Positions 20,069 through 30,684 are shown, counted from the stretch's first letter. The stretch: 64,000 nucleotides of DNA from Hyphomicrobiales bacterium (GCA_024222895.1 JAAEOR010000188.1:3286-67285); one strand, 5' to 3'. Numbers and translations are program-made. Notes: generated from the letters alone by a model not told the origin.

Positions 20069-21073
20069 CGACCGTGGCGCCGCCGCGCGAAGCAGTCGGT
20101 CGTTGATTGCTTCGCCGAGGCCTTCGCTCGGAATCGGCATCACCGCGATCCTGTCGGCCTTGGTGTCGAGTTGGCGCAGGGCGGCGAACAGGTTCATTGC
20201 CGCTTCCCGGACATCGCCGCTCGGGCTGAGGTTGATCCGCGCCACCGCGTGTTCCGGACCGATCGGGTTCTCCTTGCCGAACGCAAGCAGCGCTTCGCCG
20301 GGCAGAACCGACTGAATGTTCAGCCGGAGCTGGGCCGCGGGCGCATAGTGCGATGTGAGCATTCCCGGTGCGATCGGTTTTTCGCCGGTGTCGGATGGCG
20401 TCAACAGACGCTCACCGAGGACTTTTTCCAGATCCGCGCGGGAGATGCCGCCCGGGCGCAGGTACCGCGGAGCGGTGTCAGCCAATCCGACGATGGACGA
20501 TTCAACCCCGACCGTGGCATTGCCACCATCCAGAACCAGCGCAACCTTTTCCCCGAGATCGGCTGCCACATGAGCAGCGGTCGTCGGGCTGACCCCGCCC
20601 GAGCGATTGGCACTCGGTGCCGCCACCGGTTTGCCGAACGCCGACAGCAATGCCCGGGCAACCGGATGGCCCGGAACACGAAGCGCGATCGTATCGAGAC
20701 CGGCAGTGACAAGATCGACGATGGGCGTTGGTCGTCGGATGGGCAGCACCAGAGTCAAGGGACCTGGCCAGAACGCAGCCGCGAGGCGGCTTGCCGTCGG
20801 CGACATGACTGCCAGCGTGTCGACATGCTCTGCTGAGCTGGCGTGAACGATCAACGGGTTGAATCGCGGTCTTGACTTGGATGCGAAGATTGCCGTCACG
20901 GCGCCGGCATTGGTGGCGTCACCGGCAAGGCCGTATACTGTTTCCGTTGGCAGTCCGACCAGGGCGCCACGCTCAAGCGCGGCGGCTGCGACTGCAACCG
21001 CGGCGTCAGCGGTCGCGGGACTGCGCGCATCAACGATTTGAGCAAAGCCGTTCATCTGACTAAGGTCGGACAT
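20066..21073 (-). CDS. sua5: L-threonylcarbamoyladenylate synthase (Sua5/TsaC with SUA5 C-terminal domain)
   Basis: 'PTETVYGL', 'K.RP.FNPLIVH', 'WPGPLTLV', 'APSANRSG', 'PGMLTSHYAP', 'AINDRL.RAA'. Start may be 21055. Confidence 0.93.
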   Translation of the reverse strand: MSDLSQMNGFAQIVDARSPATADAAVAVAAAALERGALVGLPTETVYGLAGDATNAGAVTAIFASKSRPRFNPLIVHASSAEHVDTLAVMSPTASRLAAAFWPGPLTLVLPIRRPTPIVDLVTAGLDTIALRVPGHPVARALLSAFGKPVAAPSANRSGGVSPTTAAHVAADLGEKVALVLDGGNATVGVESSIVGLADTAPRYLRPGGISRADLEKVLGERLLTPSDTGEKPIAPGMLTSHYAPAAQLRLNIQSVLPGEALLAFGKENPIGPEHAVARINLSPSGDVREAAMNLFAALRQLDTKADRIAVMPIPSEGLGEAINDRLLRAAAPRS

Positions 21074-21131
21074 GGACCCGGGTTGTCGCCGTTCGCCTGT
21101 GGTCGGTCAAGCCGTGCGCACAGGAGGATTG

Positions 21132-22901
21132 ATGGAGTTTCAGGCGCCGGTGGCTGACATCCTGGCCGCAATGCAGGCAGCCGAGGAGCCCGAGCGCGGC
21201 GGAGCGGAAGACATCGCGCCCGACACCGTGGCGGCAATCGTCACCGAGGCCGGCCGGTTCGCGACCACTGAACTGGCTCCATTGAACCAGATTGGCGACC
21301 AGCGTGGCGCGCAATTCGCCGAAGGCGTTGTGACCTGCCCACCGGGCTGGCGCGAGGCCTATCGGCGTTTCGCTGCCGCCGGCTGGAACGCGGTTGCCGC
21401 ATCGCCGGAATGGGGCGGTCAAGGCCTGCCGATTGCGGTGGAGATGGCTGTGCAGGAGCTTTGGAACGCCGGTTCGGCTGCCTTTGCCACGGCGCCCATG
21501 CTGACTGCCGGCGCCGTCCTCGCCCTGGAGGCGCATGCGAGCCCGGACCTGAAGGCAGCTTATCTTTCCAGGCTGGTGGACGGCACGTGGGCGGCAACCA
21601 TGAACCTGACCGAACCGCAGGCCGGTTCCGATCTCGGCGCCCTGAGGACGCGTGCAGTGCCTGCTGGCGACGGAACCTACCGCCTGACCGGGCAGAAAGT
21701 GTTCATCAGCTATGGCGAGCACGATCTGACCGACAACATCATCCATCTGGTCCTCGCCCGCCTTCCGGATGCTCCCTCGGGAACGGCCGGGATATCAATG
21801 TTCCTTGTGCCGAAGATCCTGGTCGGTGCCGGGGGCATGGAAAGCCGCAATCAGGTGGTCGCCACCGGCATCGAATCGAAGCTCGGCCTGCACGGATCGC
21901 CCACATGCACCATGGCTTACGATGAAGCGGCCGGTTTCCTGGTTGGCGAGGAGCATCGGGGACTGGCCTGCATGTTCACGATGATGAACATCACCCGGCT
22001 GACCGTTGGTATTCAGGCGGTTGGCGTGGCGGAGCGCGCCACCCAACAGGCGATCGCCTATGCGCGGCACCGTCGACAGGGTCGGGCGGTCGGATGGCCG
22101 GGTGATGGCATGAGCCCCATCATTGCCCACCCTGATGTGCAGGCCATGCTGATGCGAATGAAGGTCCTCACGGCGGCCTCGCGCGCGGTCTGCCATTCAT
22201 GTGCCTACGCGATCGACGCCGGTCGTGTTGCGAATGCTGACCGGCGCCGTGCGTGGCTCGACCGAGCGGCGTTGCTGACGCCGATTGCCAAGGCCTTTGC
22301 CTCCGACAGCGGCGTTGATGTCGCCTCTTTGGGGATCCAGGTTCACGGCGGCGCCGGGTACATTGAGGAAACCGGGGCGGCCCAGCATCTGCGCGATGTC
22401 CGGGTGTTTTCGATCTACGAAGGGACGAATGGCATCCAGGCCGTCGACCTGGTCACCAGGAAGCTCGGGCTCGACAGCGGCCGCGCCGTAAACCGTCTGA
22501 TCGATGACATTGCCGGGTACCGGGGTGAGGCCCGCGCGGCGAACCATCCTCAGCTGAATCTCGCGGCCGACAGGCTTGACGCCGCCCTTGACGATCTCAG
22601 GTCAGCGACCGATCACATGCAACAATCCATGGCCGACGACCGCAGGGTCAAAGTGCTCGCCGGCGCGACGTCTTATCTGCGTCTGGCAGCTCTGGTGCTG
22701 GCGGGCGGCCTGTTAGCAAGGATGGCCGCGAGTGCCGGAGGGCGGGTGGCAGATGGAAAGCCTCTTGCTATCGCTTGCCATTTCGCCGACATGATCCTCG
22801 GCGAAACGGTTAGCCTTCGCAGGTCCGTTGCGGACGGGACGACTGACTTCTCAGCGCATGCGACGACGTTGCTATCCCACTCCAACCCCGAAACGCCGTG
22901 A
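21132..22901 (+). CDS. Acyl-CoA dehydrogenase (long, DmdC/FadE5-like)
   Basis: 'TMNLTEPQAGSDL', 'GQKVFIS.GEHDL', 'QVHGG.GYIEE', 'IYEGTNGIQA'. AGGAGG before ATG 21132. Confidence 0.9.
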   Translation: MEFQAPVADILAAMQAAEEPERGGAEDIAPDTVAAIVTEAGRFATTELAPLNQIGDQRGAQFAEGVVTCPPGWREAYRRFAAAGWNAVAASPEWGGQGLPIAVEMAVQELWNAGSAAFATAPMLTAGAVLALEAHASPDLKAAYLSRLVDGTWAATMNLTEPQAGSDLGALRTRAVPAGDGTYRLTGQKVFISYGEHDLTDNIIHLVLARLPDAPSGTAGISMFLVPKILVGAGGMESRNQVVATGIESKLGLHGSPTCTMAYDEAAGFLVGEEHRGLACMFTMMNITRLTVGIQAVGVAERATQQAIAYARHRRQGRAVGWPGDGMSPIIAHPDVQAMLMRMKVLTAASRAVCHSCAYAIDAGRVANADRRRAWLDRAALLTPIAKAFASDSGVDVASLGIQVHGGAGYIEETGAAQHLRDVRVFSIYEGTNGIQAVDLVTRKLGLDSGRAVNRLIDDIAGYRGEARAANHPQLNLAADRLDAALDDLRSATDHMQQSMADDRRVKVLAGATSYLRLAALVLAGGLLARMAASAGGRVADGKPLAIACHFADMILGETVSLRRSVADGTTDFSAHATTLLSHSNPETP

Positions 22902-22925
22902 AACAACTGGAGAACATGGTCCGCC

Positions 22926-23678
22926 ATGGATGAGCACATATCGGTCGATGTCGCGGAGGGGGTCCTCTCGATCCGCATCGACCGACCGGAAAAGAGCAAT
23001 GCCTTCACGACAGAGATGTTCGAGTCATGTATGGAGGCCATTGATGTGGCGGAACGCGACGGGGCTATACGCGCTATTTTGATTGGCGGCACCCACGGCC
23101 TCTTCACCACCGGACACGATCATGAAGACCTGAGGGCGTATGCGGAGAGCGGTGCCTTTGGCGAAGGCCCGATTCGCTTCATGAAGACGCTCGCTATGGT
23201 CGACAAACCCTTGGTGGCGGCGGTGGACGGCCTGGCTTTCGGCCTGGGGACAACGATGTTGTTCCACTGTGACTTCGTCGTGGCCAGCGAATGGTCGGTT
23301 TTTTCCTCGCCGTTCACCGAGTTGGGATTGCCGCCCGAAGGTGGCGCCAGCCTTCTCGCACCGGGCATCATGGGATATCATCGCGCTTTCGAGCTGATGG
23401 TGCTTGGCGAGCAATTCGATGCTCAACGGGCGCTCGCTGCCGGCCTGGTCAATCGGGTCGTACCGCCGGAGGAGGTGAGCGACGTGGCTTTTGGCTGTGC
23501 GCGGGCGTTGGCGGCACAACCGCCTCAGGCAGTGCGCCTGGTGCGTCGGCTGATGCGCGGCGAACGGCGGGATGTGGTTATGAGGATCAATCAGGAAGCC
23601 AAAGCCTTTACCGAGCTGCTGCAGTCCCCGGCAGCCCACGAGGCACTGATCACCTATGTCGACCGCAATCGACGCTGA
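22926..23678 (+). CDS. Enoyl-CoA hydratase/isomerase (crotonase) family
   Basis: 'RPEKSNAF', 'KPLVAAVDG.AFG.G', 'GLPPEGGAS'. A single catalytic Glu suggests an isomerase type. Confidence 0.85.
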   Translation: MDEHISVDVAEGVLSIRIDRPEKSNAFTTEMFESCMEAIDVAERDGAIRAILIGGTHGLFTTGHDHEDLRAYAESGAFGEGPIRFMKTLAMVDKPLVAAVDGLAFGLGTTMLFHCDFVVASEWSVFSSPFTELGLPPEGGASLLAPGIMGYHRAFELMVLGEQFDAQRALAAGLVNRVVPPEEVSDVAFGCARALAAQPPQAVRLVRRLMRGERRDVVMRINQEAKAFTELLQSPAAHEALITYVDRNRR

Positions 23679-23705
23679 ACGAAACATCGCGGTAAGGCGA
23701 GTCTT

Positions 23706-24632
23706 GTGACGACGCTGCTTGTCAGCGATGAGATCTTCCAGCACCACCGCGTTCCGGAGGGGCATCCTGAACGGCCCGACCGTGTCCGCGCTATCGACGC
23801 GGCACTCGGCGGGGAACGCTTCGCCGGCCTGCTCCGGCGCGGGGCTCGCAAGGTCGATGACGAGGTTCTGACAACCGCCCATTCGGCGGCCTATGTGACG
23901 GCTATAAGGGATGCGATTCCGGTTGAGGGGGAGACGGCCCTCGATCCCGACACCTGGGTGTCCAGGCGCAGCTTTGAAGTGGCGTCGAGCGCTGTTGGTG
24001 CAGCCTGCCTCGCCGTCGAGGCGGTGATGGACGGGGAGGCGGATAACGCGTTCTGTGCTGTCCGTCCGCCGGGTCACCACGCCGAAGTCGACCAGGCGAT
24101 GGGATTCTGCCTGTTTGCCAACGCGGTGATTGCCGCACGCCACGCCCAGCGCTACGCCGGCGCCGAGCGTGTCGCCATCGTTGACTGGGACGTGCATCAC
24201 GGCAACGGGACCCAGGCCATCGTCTGGTCCGATCCGTCGATCATGTATGCATCGACCCATCAGATGCCTCTGTTTCCGGGCACGGGCGCTGTCTCGGAGA
24301 CCGGAGTGGGCAATATCGTCAATGCACCGCTTGCCCCGGGTGCCGGTGGTGTCGAGTTTGCCGAGGCATTTACCACGAGCCTGCTGCCGGCGCTCGATGC
24401 CTTTGCACCCGACCTCGTGGTCGTTTCCGCCGGTTTCGATGCCCACTGGCGTGATCCGCTCGCTTCGCTGAACTTCAGCGAAGAGGATTTTGCTTGGGCA
24501 ACGACTGAGATAATGGCGCTTGCCGGTCGACATTGCAGCGGACGCATGGTCAGCCTGCTCGAAGGGGGATATGACTTGAAAGGCTTGGCCGACTCGGTCT
24601 CGGCCCATATAGAGGCATTGATGAAGCCCTGA
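23706..24632 (+). CDS. Histone deacetylase family (Zn-dependent deacylase)
   Basis: 'HPE.P.R', 'RPPGHHA', 'GFC', 'DWDVHHGNGT', 'SAGFDAH', 'EGGY'. Confidence 0.92.
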   Translation: MTTLLVSDEIFQHHRVPEGHPERPDRVRAIDAALGGERFAGLLRRGARKVDDEVLTTAHSAAYVTAIRDAIPVEGETALDPDTWVSRRSFEVASSAVGAACLAVEAVMDGEADNAFCAVRPPGHHAEVDQAMGFCLFANAVIAARHAQRYAGAERVAIVDWDVHHGNGTQAIVWSDPSIMYASTHQMPLFPGTGAVSETGVGNIVNAPLAPGAGGVEFAEAFTTSLLPALDAFAPDLVVVSAGFDAHWRDPLASLNFSEEDFAWATTEIMALAGRHCSGRMVSLLEGGYDLKGLADSVSAHIEALMKP

Positions 24633-24665
24633 TACTCCGGGCTCGCCCGCTGCCAAGAGGACCCG

Positions 24666-24926
24666 ATGCCGGACAAAGCGCTGACACCTGTTGCCGAACT
24701 ATCGTTCGAGAAGGCGCTCGAAGAGCTTGAATCGATCGTGCAGCGGCTTGAGCAGGGCAAGGTCAACCTGGAAGAATCAATTGCAATCTATGAACGCGGC
24801 GAGGTGTTGCGCAGCCACTGCGAAAAGCTGCTCAAGGAAGCCGAAGATCGGGTCGAGAAGATCAGATTGGGCGGTGACGGGAAACCGACGGGGGTCGATT
24901 CGCTCGACGGTGATGCGCCTTTCTGA
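24666..24926 (+). CDS. xseB: Exodeoxyribonuclease VII small subunit
   Basis: '[32 protein letters not shown]...L..AE'. Confidence 0.95.
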   Translation: MPDKALTPVAELSFEKALEELESIVQRLEQGKVNLEESIAIYERGEVLRSHCEKLLKEAEDRVEKIRLGGDGKPTGVDSLDGDAPF

Positions 24927-24967
24927 ATTCCAGCCTGTCACTATTCTCGCTGTGTGACTTTGGCGCC

Positions 24968-25912
24968 ATGGAGTTGCCGATGCAGTCGCTGCCACTGCCC
25001 GACCCCGACTTTGGTAATGTCCGCGCTGCCGATTTGATCGATACCGTGATCGTGCCGCGGGCAAGAGATATTGGCGGCTTCACGGTCGGTCGTGTCCTGC
25101 CCTCGATTGAGCGGCGGATGGTTGGGCCGTTTGTTTTCTTCGACCAGGCCGGCTCGGCCGAAGTTCTGATGAGTGAGAAGTTCGATGTCCGTCCGCATCC
25201 GCATATTGGTCTGGCGACGGTCACCTACATCTATCGGGGCACGATCGTGCATCGCGACTCGATTGGCAGTGAGCAGATCATCCGACCGGGCGACGTGAAC
25301 TGGATGACGGCCGGTCGCGGCATCGCCCACTCCGAGCGGGCGCCCACCGAGTTCCGTGGTGAGCGTCACAACGTACTCGGGTTCCAGACCTGGGTGGCTT
25401 TGCCCAGAGATCACGAGGAGGCGTCGCCGACCTTCTTTCATCACCCGAAAAACGACCTGCCGGTCATCGAGGGCGACGGCGCAAACGTTCGCCTCGTCGT
25501 TGGATCGCTTTACGGAGTGCGCGCGCCCGTTAAGACCTTCAGCGAGATGTTCTATGCCGATGTTGCGCTTGAAGCTGGAGCGCAATTGCCGATCGATGCC
25601 GGTCATGAGGAGCGGGCCGCCTATGTGGTCGAGGGCGCCATCGATATTGCCGGCGACCGTTTCGAGGCGGCCCGCATGGTGGTTTTCCGTCCGGGCGACA
25701 ATCTGGTCGTCAAAGCCCTCGCGGCGACGCGGCTCATCCTGCTTGGCGGCGCGGCTATGGACGGGCCCCGCCACATCTGGTGGAACTTTGTCTCTTCGTC
25801 GAAAGAACGGATCGAGCAGGCCAAGAACGATTGGAAATCGGGGCGCTTCGACAAGGTCTTTGGCGACGAGGAAGATTTCATTCCGTTGCCGGCTTATACC
25901 AAGGGTGCTTGA
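24968..25912 (+). CDS. Pirin family protein
   Basis: 'GPFVFFD', '[11 protein letters not shown]', '[12 protein letters not shown]', 'WNFV'. Confidence 0.93.
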   Translation: MELPMQSLPLPDPDFGNVRAADLIDTVIVPRARDIGGFTVGRVLPSIERRMVGPFVFFDQAGSAEVLMSEKFDVRPHPHIGLATVTYIYRGTIVHRDSIGSEQIIRPGDVNWMTAGRGIAHSERAPTEFRGERHNVLGFQTWVALPRDHEEASPTFFHHPKNDLPVIEGDGANVRLVVGSLYGVRAPVKTFSEMFYADVALEAGAQLPIDAGHEERAAYVVEGAIDIAGDRFEAARMVVFRPGDNLVVKALAATRLILLGGAAMDGPRHIWWNFVSSSKERIEQAKNDWKSGRFDKVFGDEEDFIPLPAYTKGA

Positions 25913-25956
25913 GCACCCTTGGTATAAGCCCGGCCGGGTGATCATACCCTTGGTAT
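25891..25956. repeat. Perfect 19-bp inverted repeat plus extra ATACCCTTGGTAT copy (family B)
   Basis: GGCTTATACCAAGGGTGCT (25891-25909) / AGCACCCTTGGTATAAGCC (25912-25930), plus the 13-mer at 25944-25956. Confidence 0.8.
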
Positions 25957-25962
25957 CAGTCG

Positions 25963-27165
25963 TCACTCCGACTGCGCTGCCGGCGGTTTCTTCCGTCGCT
26001 TTCGCGTTTCACCAACATTGTTCAGGGCAATCTGTGTCAGGATAGGCCCACCCAGTTCAAATACGACCGTGGCTGCGATCGTTGTCGCGAGGATCTCTGT
26101 CCGGAACTGCGGGAAGGAACCGGCGGCGATCAGCGCCATCCCCATCGCCACGCCGGCCTGAGGCATCATGGCCGACCCGATCCACAGCCGCTGGTGACGA
26201 TCGACACCGGTTGCGGCCGCACCAAGCCACCCGCCGACGATGCGTCCCGCAAAGCGCAGGACGACATAGAGGGCACCCAGCAGTCCGATCGCCGGTAACG
26301 CCGATAGATCCAACGATGCCCCGGCTAGAACGAAGAACAATACCAGGAACGGCCATTCGATATGTTCAATCTCATGGAAAGCGCGGGCATGGTGCCGCGC
26401 AAGATTGGCGATGACGAAGCCGGCGACCATTACGGCGAGCAGAAAAGAGGCTTGGATTGTTAGCGCAAGTCCGCCGCACAGAAAGACGACGCCAAGCGCC
26501 TCGGCCTGGGTCGGCTCGCCGGGTTTGAGACGCCCGGTGAGGTAGGCGGCCGGCAGGCCGATCAGCAGGCCGATCACCACGGCGCCGCCGATCTCAACCG
26601 CAGCGGATTCGATAGAGCCCATAGCACTTTCGCCCAGCAGACTGTGGGCGAGTGCGATGAGGAGGCTGAAAGCAATTAGGCCCCACGCGTCGTCGATAGC
26701 GACGACGCCGAGCAGCAGGCGCGAAAACGGTCCACGGGCGCCGCTGCGGTCGACGACGTCCTGGGTCGCCGCCGGGTCGGTCGCGGTCGCGATACCGGCC
26801 AGTGCCAGGCTGAGAACCGGATCGAAGCCGGCGACCCACAAGCCGCCACCAACCAACAGGGCGGTGGCGAGCACCACGCCGGTAGAAACACCAAGGATGT
26901 GAACGCCGTCCGCGGCCAGGACCTGGCGGGTGAGCTTCCCGCCAAGCAGGAAAGCAACCATTACCAGCGCCATGGCCGCGGCAAGCGAGTACAGGCTGTG
27001 TGTGGCGGGCAGGATGTCCAATACGGACGGGCCGACGATGATGCCGACCAGCACCAGCAATGTCACCCTCGGCAGGTGAGTCTGTCGGCCGAGCGCATCC
27101 ATGGCAAGGCCCACCAGCAGAAGGCCGCCGATGGTGACGAGGATGAGATGCTCTGGCATTGCCAC
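25963..27165 (-). CDS. Cation:proton antiporter (Na+/H+ exchanger family)
   Basis: About 12 TM helices, 'ATATDPAAT', 'VAIDDAWG', 'FFVLAG', 'PQAGVA.G'. Confidence 0.85.
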   Translation of the reverse strand: MAMPEHLILVTIGGLLLVGLAMDALGRQTHLPRVTLLVLVGIIVGPSVLDILPATHSLYSLAAAMALVMVAFLLGGKLTRQVLAADGVHILGVSTGVVLATALLVGGGLWVAGFDPVLSLALAGIATATDPAATQDVVDRSGARGPFSRLLLGVVAIDDAWGLIAFSLLIALAHSLLGESAMGSIESAAVEIGGAVVIGLLIGLPAAYLTGRLKPGEPTQAEALGVVFLCGGLALTIQASFLLAVMVAGFVIANLARHHARAFHEIEHIEWPFLVLFFVLAGASLDLSALPAIGLLGALYVVLRFAGRIVGGWLGAAATGVDRHQRLWIGSAMMPQAGVAMGMALIAAGSFPQFRTEILATTIAATVVFELGGPILTQIALNNVGETRKRRKKPPAAQSE

Positions 27166-27723
27166 CCCGCGACTAGGCTAGTGTCCATCCATAAACAGCT
27201 GTTTTTGTTATGAGATTATAGCTGTCTTGGTCTTAGATTGCATTGTTAGTCGCCGTTTTAGCGTATGCGATGAACTTTTGTGGTGCGGGATGCCATCAGG
27301 GAGGGCATGCACGCGAGCGGTATCGGCCGGCGGCTGCCGGTGCGTCGTTTCGATTTGATGCAGAGGCGGTCAGGTCGGCTTGGGCCGGGCGCCGAGCCAA
27401 TGTCGGGGTCATCTGGACCACTGGCAACCATTTGATCATAGTGGAGCTTTCCTAATCTGACATTTGAACATATTCGCTCCACAAGAGTGCCAGCCGACCG
27501 TCGGATGCCCGAATCGCCCGCCGGCTGCAATGATTTGCGTCGGTGAAGCTCAGACAACCCGACCATGCAGCCATCCGCAAGAAGATCAACCGGGACCATC
27601 AAACTGTCGAAAGTCCGGCCAAACTGGCGTGGTGACGGTTTGCCGACCATATGAACGTGGTATATGGCTTGTGAACCATTCGGGAACTCTTGCGTTTTAG
27701 TGGGGCGTGCGTCCAGCCAGTCG

Positions 27724-29640
27724 ATGACATCCTCAAACACACCTCTGCTTGACGCAGTCCGCGTTCCCGAAGACCTGCGCCAGCTTGACGAAAAGCAGCT
27801 CCCGCAACTTGCCGACGAGCTTCGTCGCGAGACGATTTCCGCGGTGTCCGTCACGGGCGGTCATCTGGGGGCCGGGCTTGGCGTGGTCGAACTGACCGTT
27901 GCTCTCCATCACGTCTTCAACACGCCGAAGGACCGGTTGTTATGGGATGTGGGCCACCAGGCTTATCCCCATAAAATTCTCACCGGTCGTCGGGATCGCA
28001 TCCGCACGCTGCGTCAGGCCGGCGGGCTGTCCGGTTTCACCAGGCGTTCCGAAAGCGACTACGATCCATTCGGCGCGGCCCATTCCTCCACGTCGATTTC
28101 TGCCGGGCTCGGGATGGCGGTGGCCCGTGACCTGTCCGGTGATGACAATTGCATCGTCTGTGTTATCGGCGATGGGGCCATGTCTGCGGGCATGGCCTAT
28201 GAGGCGATGAACAATGCCGGCCATCTCAAATCTCGTCTCGTCGTCATCCTCAACGACAACGACATGTCGATCGCCCCGCCGGTCGGCGCACTTTCGGCCC
28301 ATCTGGCGCGACTGGTGTCGAGCCGCGCTTATTCACGGCTGCGCCGCTTCGGCAAAAGGGTCGCTGATTCACTGCCCCGGTTCTTCCGCGAGAAACTCAA
28401 ACTGACCGAGGAATTCGCCCGGAGTTTCTGGACTGGCGGAACTCTGTTTGAGGAACTTGGCTTCTACTATGTCGGACCGATCGACGGCCATAATCTCGAC
28501 CATCTGCTGCCGGTCCTCAAGAACGTCCGCGACATGGGCAACGGGCCGATACTCGTCCATGTCGTAACCCAGAAGGGAAAAGGATATGCGCCGGCCGAGG
28601 CCGCCGTCGACAAGTATCACGGCGTTGCCAAATTCGACGTCGTTACCGGCCAGCAGGCCAAGAGCACGGCGAACGTTCCATCCTACACCAGGGTCTTCGC
28701 CAATGCCCTGATTCGACAGGCGGAGAAGGACGACAAGATCGTCGCGGTGACGGCCGCGATGCCCGGTGGCACCGGCCTCGATCTGTTCGCCAGCCGCTTT
28801 CCCGATCGCTGCTTCGATGTCGGCATTGCGGAGCAGCATGGGGTGACATTTGCGGCCGGGCTGGCCACCGAAGGCTACAAGCCTTTTGCTGCGATCTACT
28901 CGACTTTCTTGCAGCGCGCCTACGATCAGGTGGTCCATGATGTGGCGATCCAGAGCCTGCCGGTTCGTTTCGCGATTGATCGCGCGGGCTTCGTCGGGGC
29001 GGACGGAGCCACTCATGCCGGGTCGTTCGATGTCGCCTATCTGTCCTGCCTGCCGGGTTTCGTCGTCATGGCCGCCGGTGATGAGGCGGACCTGACCCAC
29101 ATGGTTGCAACCGCCGCTGCAATTGACGATCGTCCCTCGGCGTTCCGCTACCCGCGGGGCGAGGGCGTCGGCGTGGATCTGCCGGAAGAAGGCATTCCAC
29201 TGGAAATCGGCCGGGGCCGTGTGCTGCGGGAGGGCACCACGGTAGCGTTGCTCTCCTATGGCGGGCGGCTGGCGGCCAGCCTCGCGGCGGCCGAAGAACT
29301 GGACGCGCGCGGACTGTCGACGACCGTGGCCGATGCTCGCTTTGCCAAACCGCTGGACACCGACCTGGTCAACCGCCTGGCGCGTGAACACGAGGTTCTG
29401 CTGACAGTGGAAGAGGGGTCAACCGGCGGCTTTGGCAGCCAGGTGCTCGGCCACCTGGCGACGGCGGGCGCACTCGACCAGGGCCTGCGCGTCCGGACGC
29501 TGGCCATGCCGGACCGATTCATCGACCATGGCAAGCCGGACGCCATGGTCGCCGAAGCAGGGCTCGACGCGGCCGGTATTGTCGGTGCAGTCTTTGCGGC
29601 ACTGGGCCGCGATGCGGATGCGACCCCCTTGCGCGCGTGA
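27724..29640 (+). CDS. dxs: 1-deoxy-D-xylulose-5-phosphate synthase
   Basis: '[14 protein letters not shown]', '[11 protein letters not shown]', 'GDGAM..GMAYEA.NN', 'GIAEQH', '[12 protein letters not shown]'. Confidence 0.98.
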   Translation: MTSSNTPLLDAVRVPEDLRQLDEKQLPQLADELRRETISAVSVTGGHLGAGLGVVELTVALHHVFNTPKDRLLWDVGHQAYPHKILTGRRDRIRTLRQAGGLSGFTRRSESDYDPFGAAHSSTSISAGLGMAVARDLSGDDNCIVCVIGDGAMSAGMAYEAMNNAGHLKSRLVVILNDNDMSIAPPVGALSAHLARLVSSRAYSRLRRFGKRVADSLPRFFREKLKLTEEFARSFWTGGTLFEELGFYYVGPIDGHNLDHLLPVLKNVRDMGNGPILVHVVTQKGKGYAPAEAAVDKYHGVAKFDVVTGQQAKSTANVPSYTRVFANALIRQAEKDDKIVAVTAAMPGGTGLDLFASRFPDRCFDVGIAEQHGVTFAAGLATEGYKPFAAIYSTFLQRAYDQVVHDVAIQSLPVRFAIDRAGFVGADGATHAGSFDVAYLSCLPGFVVMAAGDEADLTHMVATAAAIDDRPSAFRYPRGEGVGVDLPEEGIPLEIGRGRVLREGTTVALLSYGGRLAASLAAAEELDARGLSTTVADARFAKPLDTDLVNRLAREHEVLLTVEEGSTGGFGSQVLGHLATAGALDQGLRVRTLAMPDRFIDHGKPDAMVAEAGLDAAGIVGAVFAALGRDADATPLRA

Positions 29641-29691
29641 TGCCGGCTGCGGCTGCCTGATTGTTACGCGCAGGCAGGAAGAAATCGATCG

Positions 29692-29829
29692 ATGACCCTA
29701 ACGTCGAAGATCGGATTCGGGATTACCGGGCTGGCCGTCCTGGTCGGCGGCGCGTTTCTTTGGACCAAGTTCGGCAGTCTTGTCTATTTCGACATTCTCT
29801 CGGCAGCGTTCGTCGGTTGTTTCTTTTGA
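29692..29829 (+). CDS. Small 45-aa membrane protein (not in ORF track)
   Basis: MTLTSKIGFGITGLAVLVGGAFLWTKFGSLVYFDILSAAFVGCFF*. Purine-rich (AGGAAG) upstream, between dxs and tlyA. Confidence 0.6.
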   Translation: MTLTSKIGFGITGLAVLVGGAFLWTKFGSLVYFDILSAAFVGCFF

Positions 29830-29928
29830 ACATTCAAGCCCTTCTCGGAAGTTTTCGCTGCAAATCCCGGCGATTTGCGGGACTGAACCATGCCCGACTT
29901 CTGCAGATTCGTCGCGATGCGGTCGGGT

Positions 29929-30684
29929 ATGAGAGAGCGACTTGATCTCGTCCTTGTCTCGCGAGGGATCGCCCCGACACGGGCTCGCGCCCGTGATGCC
30001 ATCCTGAGAGGGGCCATCCAGGTCGACGGCAAGACCGTCAGCAAGCCGGCGGCGTTGGTGTCCGACCAGGCGACAATCGATGCATTCGATCCAGCGGGCC
30101 GCTATGTGTCGCGGGCTGCGTTGAAGCTGATCGCCGGGCTGGATCACTTCGGCTACGCGCCGGCGGGGCTTCACGTCCTCGACATCGGCGCCAGCACCGG
30201 TGGCTTCACAGATGTTCTGGTCGAGCGGGGAGCAGCGCGGGTTTATGCGATCGACGTCGGGCACGATCAGTTGCATCGCCGGCTGCGTGGCCATCCGATG
30301 GTGCGGGTTCGTGAAGGTCTCAACGCCCGCGACCTGACCGCCGAACATATCCACGGTCGCGCCGACGCGATCGTCGCCGATGTCAGCTTCATCTCGCTGC
30401 GGCTGGCTTTGCCACCGGCATTGGTCCTCGCCGAACCAGGCGCCTGGGGGGTCTTCCTGGTCAAACCCCAGTTCGAGGTGGGGAGGGAGGGGATCGGCAA
30501 GGGCGGAATTGTTCGCGACCCCTCGGCTGCGCGCGGGGCCGCTGACGATCTGGTCGCCTGGCTTGAGCGGGACCGCGGCTGGCGCGTCGACGGCCTGATC
30601 GAGTCACCGCTGGCTGGCGGCAGCGGCAACCGCGAATACCTGGTGGGTGCGAGAAAGGACATGCTTTCATCAATCCGACAGTGA
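29929..30684 (+). CDS. tlyA: TlyA family rRNA 2'-O-methyltransferase
   Basis: S4 domain 'RLD..LV.RG', 'YVSRAALKL', 'DIGASTGGFTD', 'DVSFISL', 'KPQFE'. Confidence 0.95.
   Translation: MRERLDLVLVSRGIAPTRARARDAILRGAIQVDGKTVSKPAALVSDQATIDAFDPAGRYVSRAALKLIAGLDHFGYAPAGLHVLDIGASTGGFTDVLVERGAARVYAIDVGHDQLHRRLRGHPMVRVREGLNARDLTAEHIHGRADAIVADVSFISLRLALPPALVLAEPGAWGVFLVKPQFEVGREGIGKGGIVRDPSAARGAADDLVAWLERDRGWRVDGLIESPLAGGSGNREYLVGARKDMLSSIRQ

Noticed and set aside
23025-24656. 543-aa minus-strand ORF
   Set aside because: Antisense shadow of the crotonase and HDAC genes; no motifs; expected in high-GC DNA.
27243-27700. 70-aa and 78-aa ORFs in the gap before dxs
   Set aside because: TTG starts without clear SD and no motifs; a faint transposase-like 'IKSKRR..RPIP' on the minus strand is too weak to call.
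24666-29640. No ispA between xseB and dxs
   Set aside because: Separation of ispA from xseB-dxs is common in Rhizobiales.
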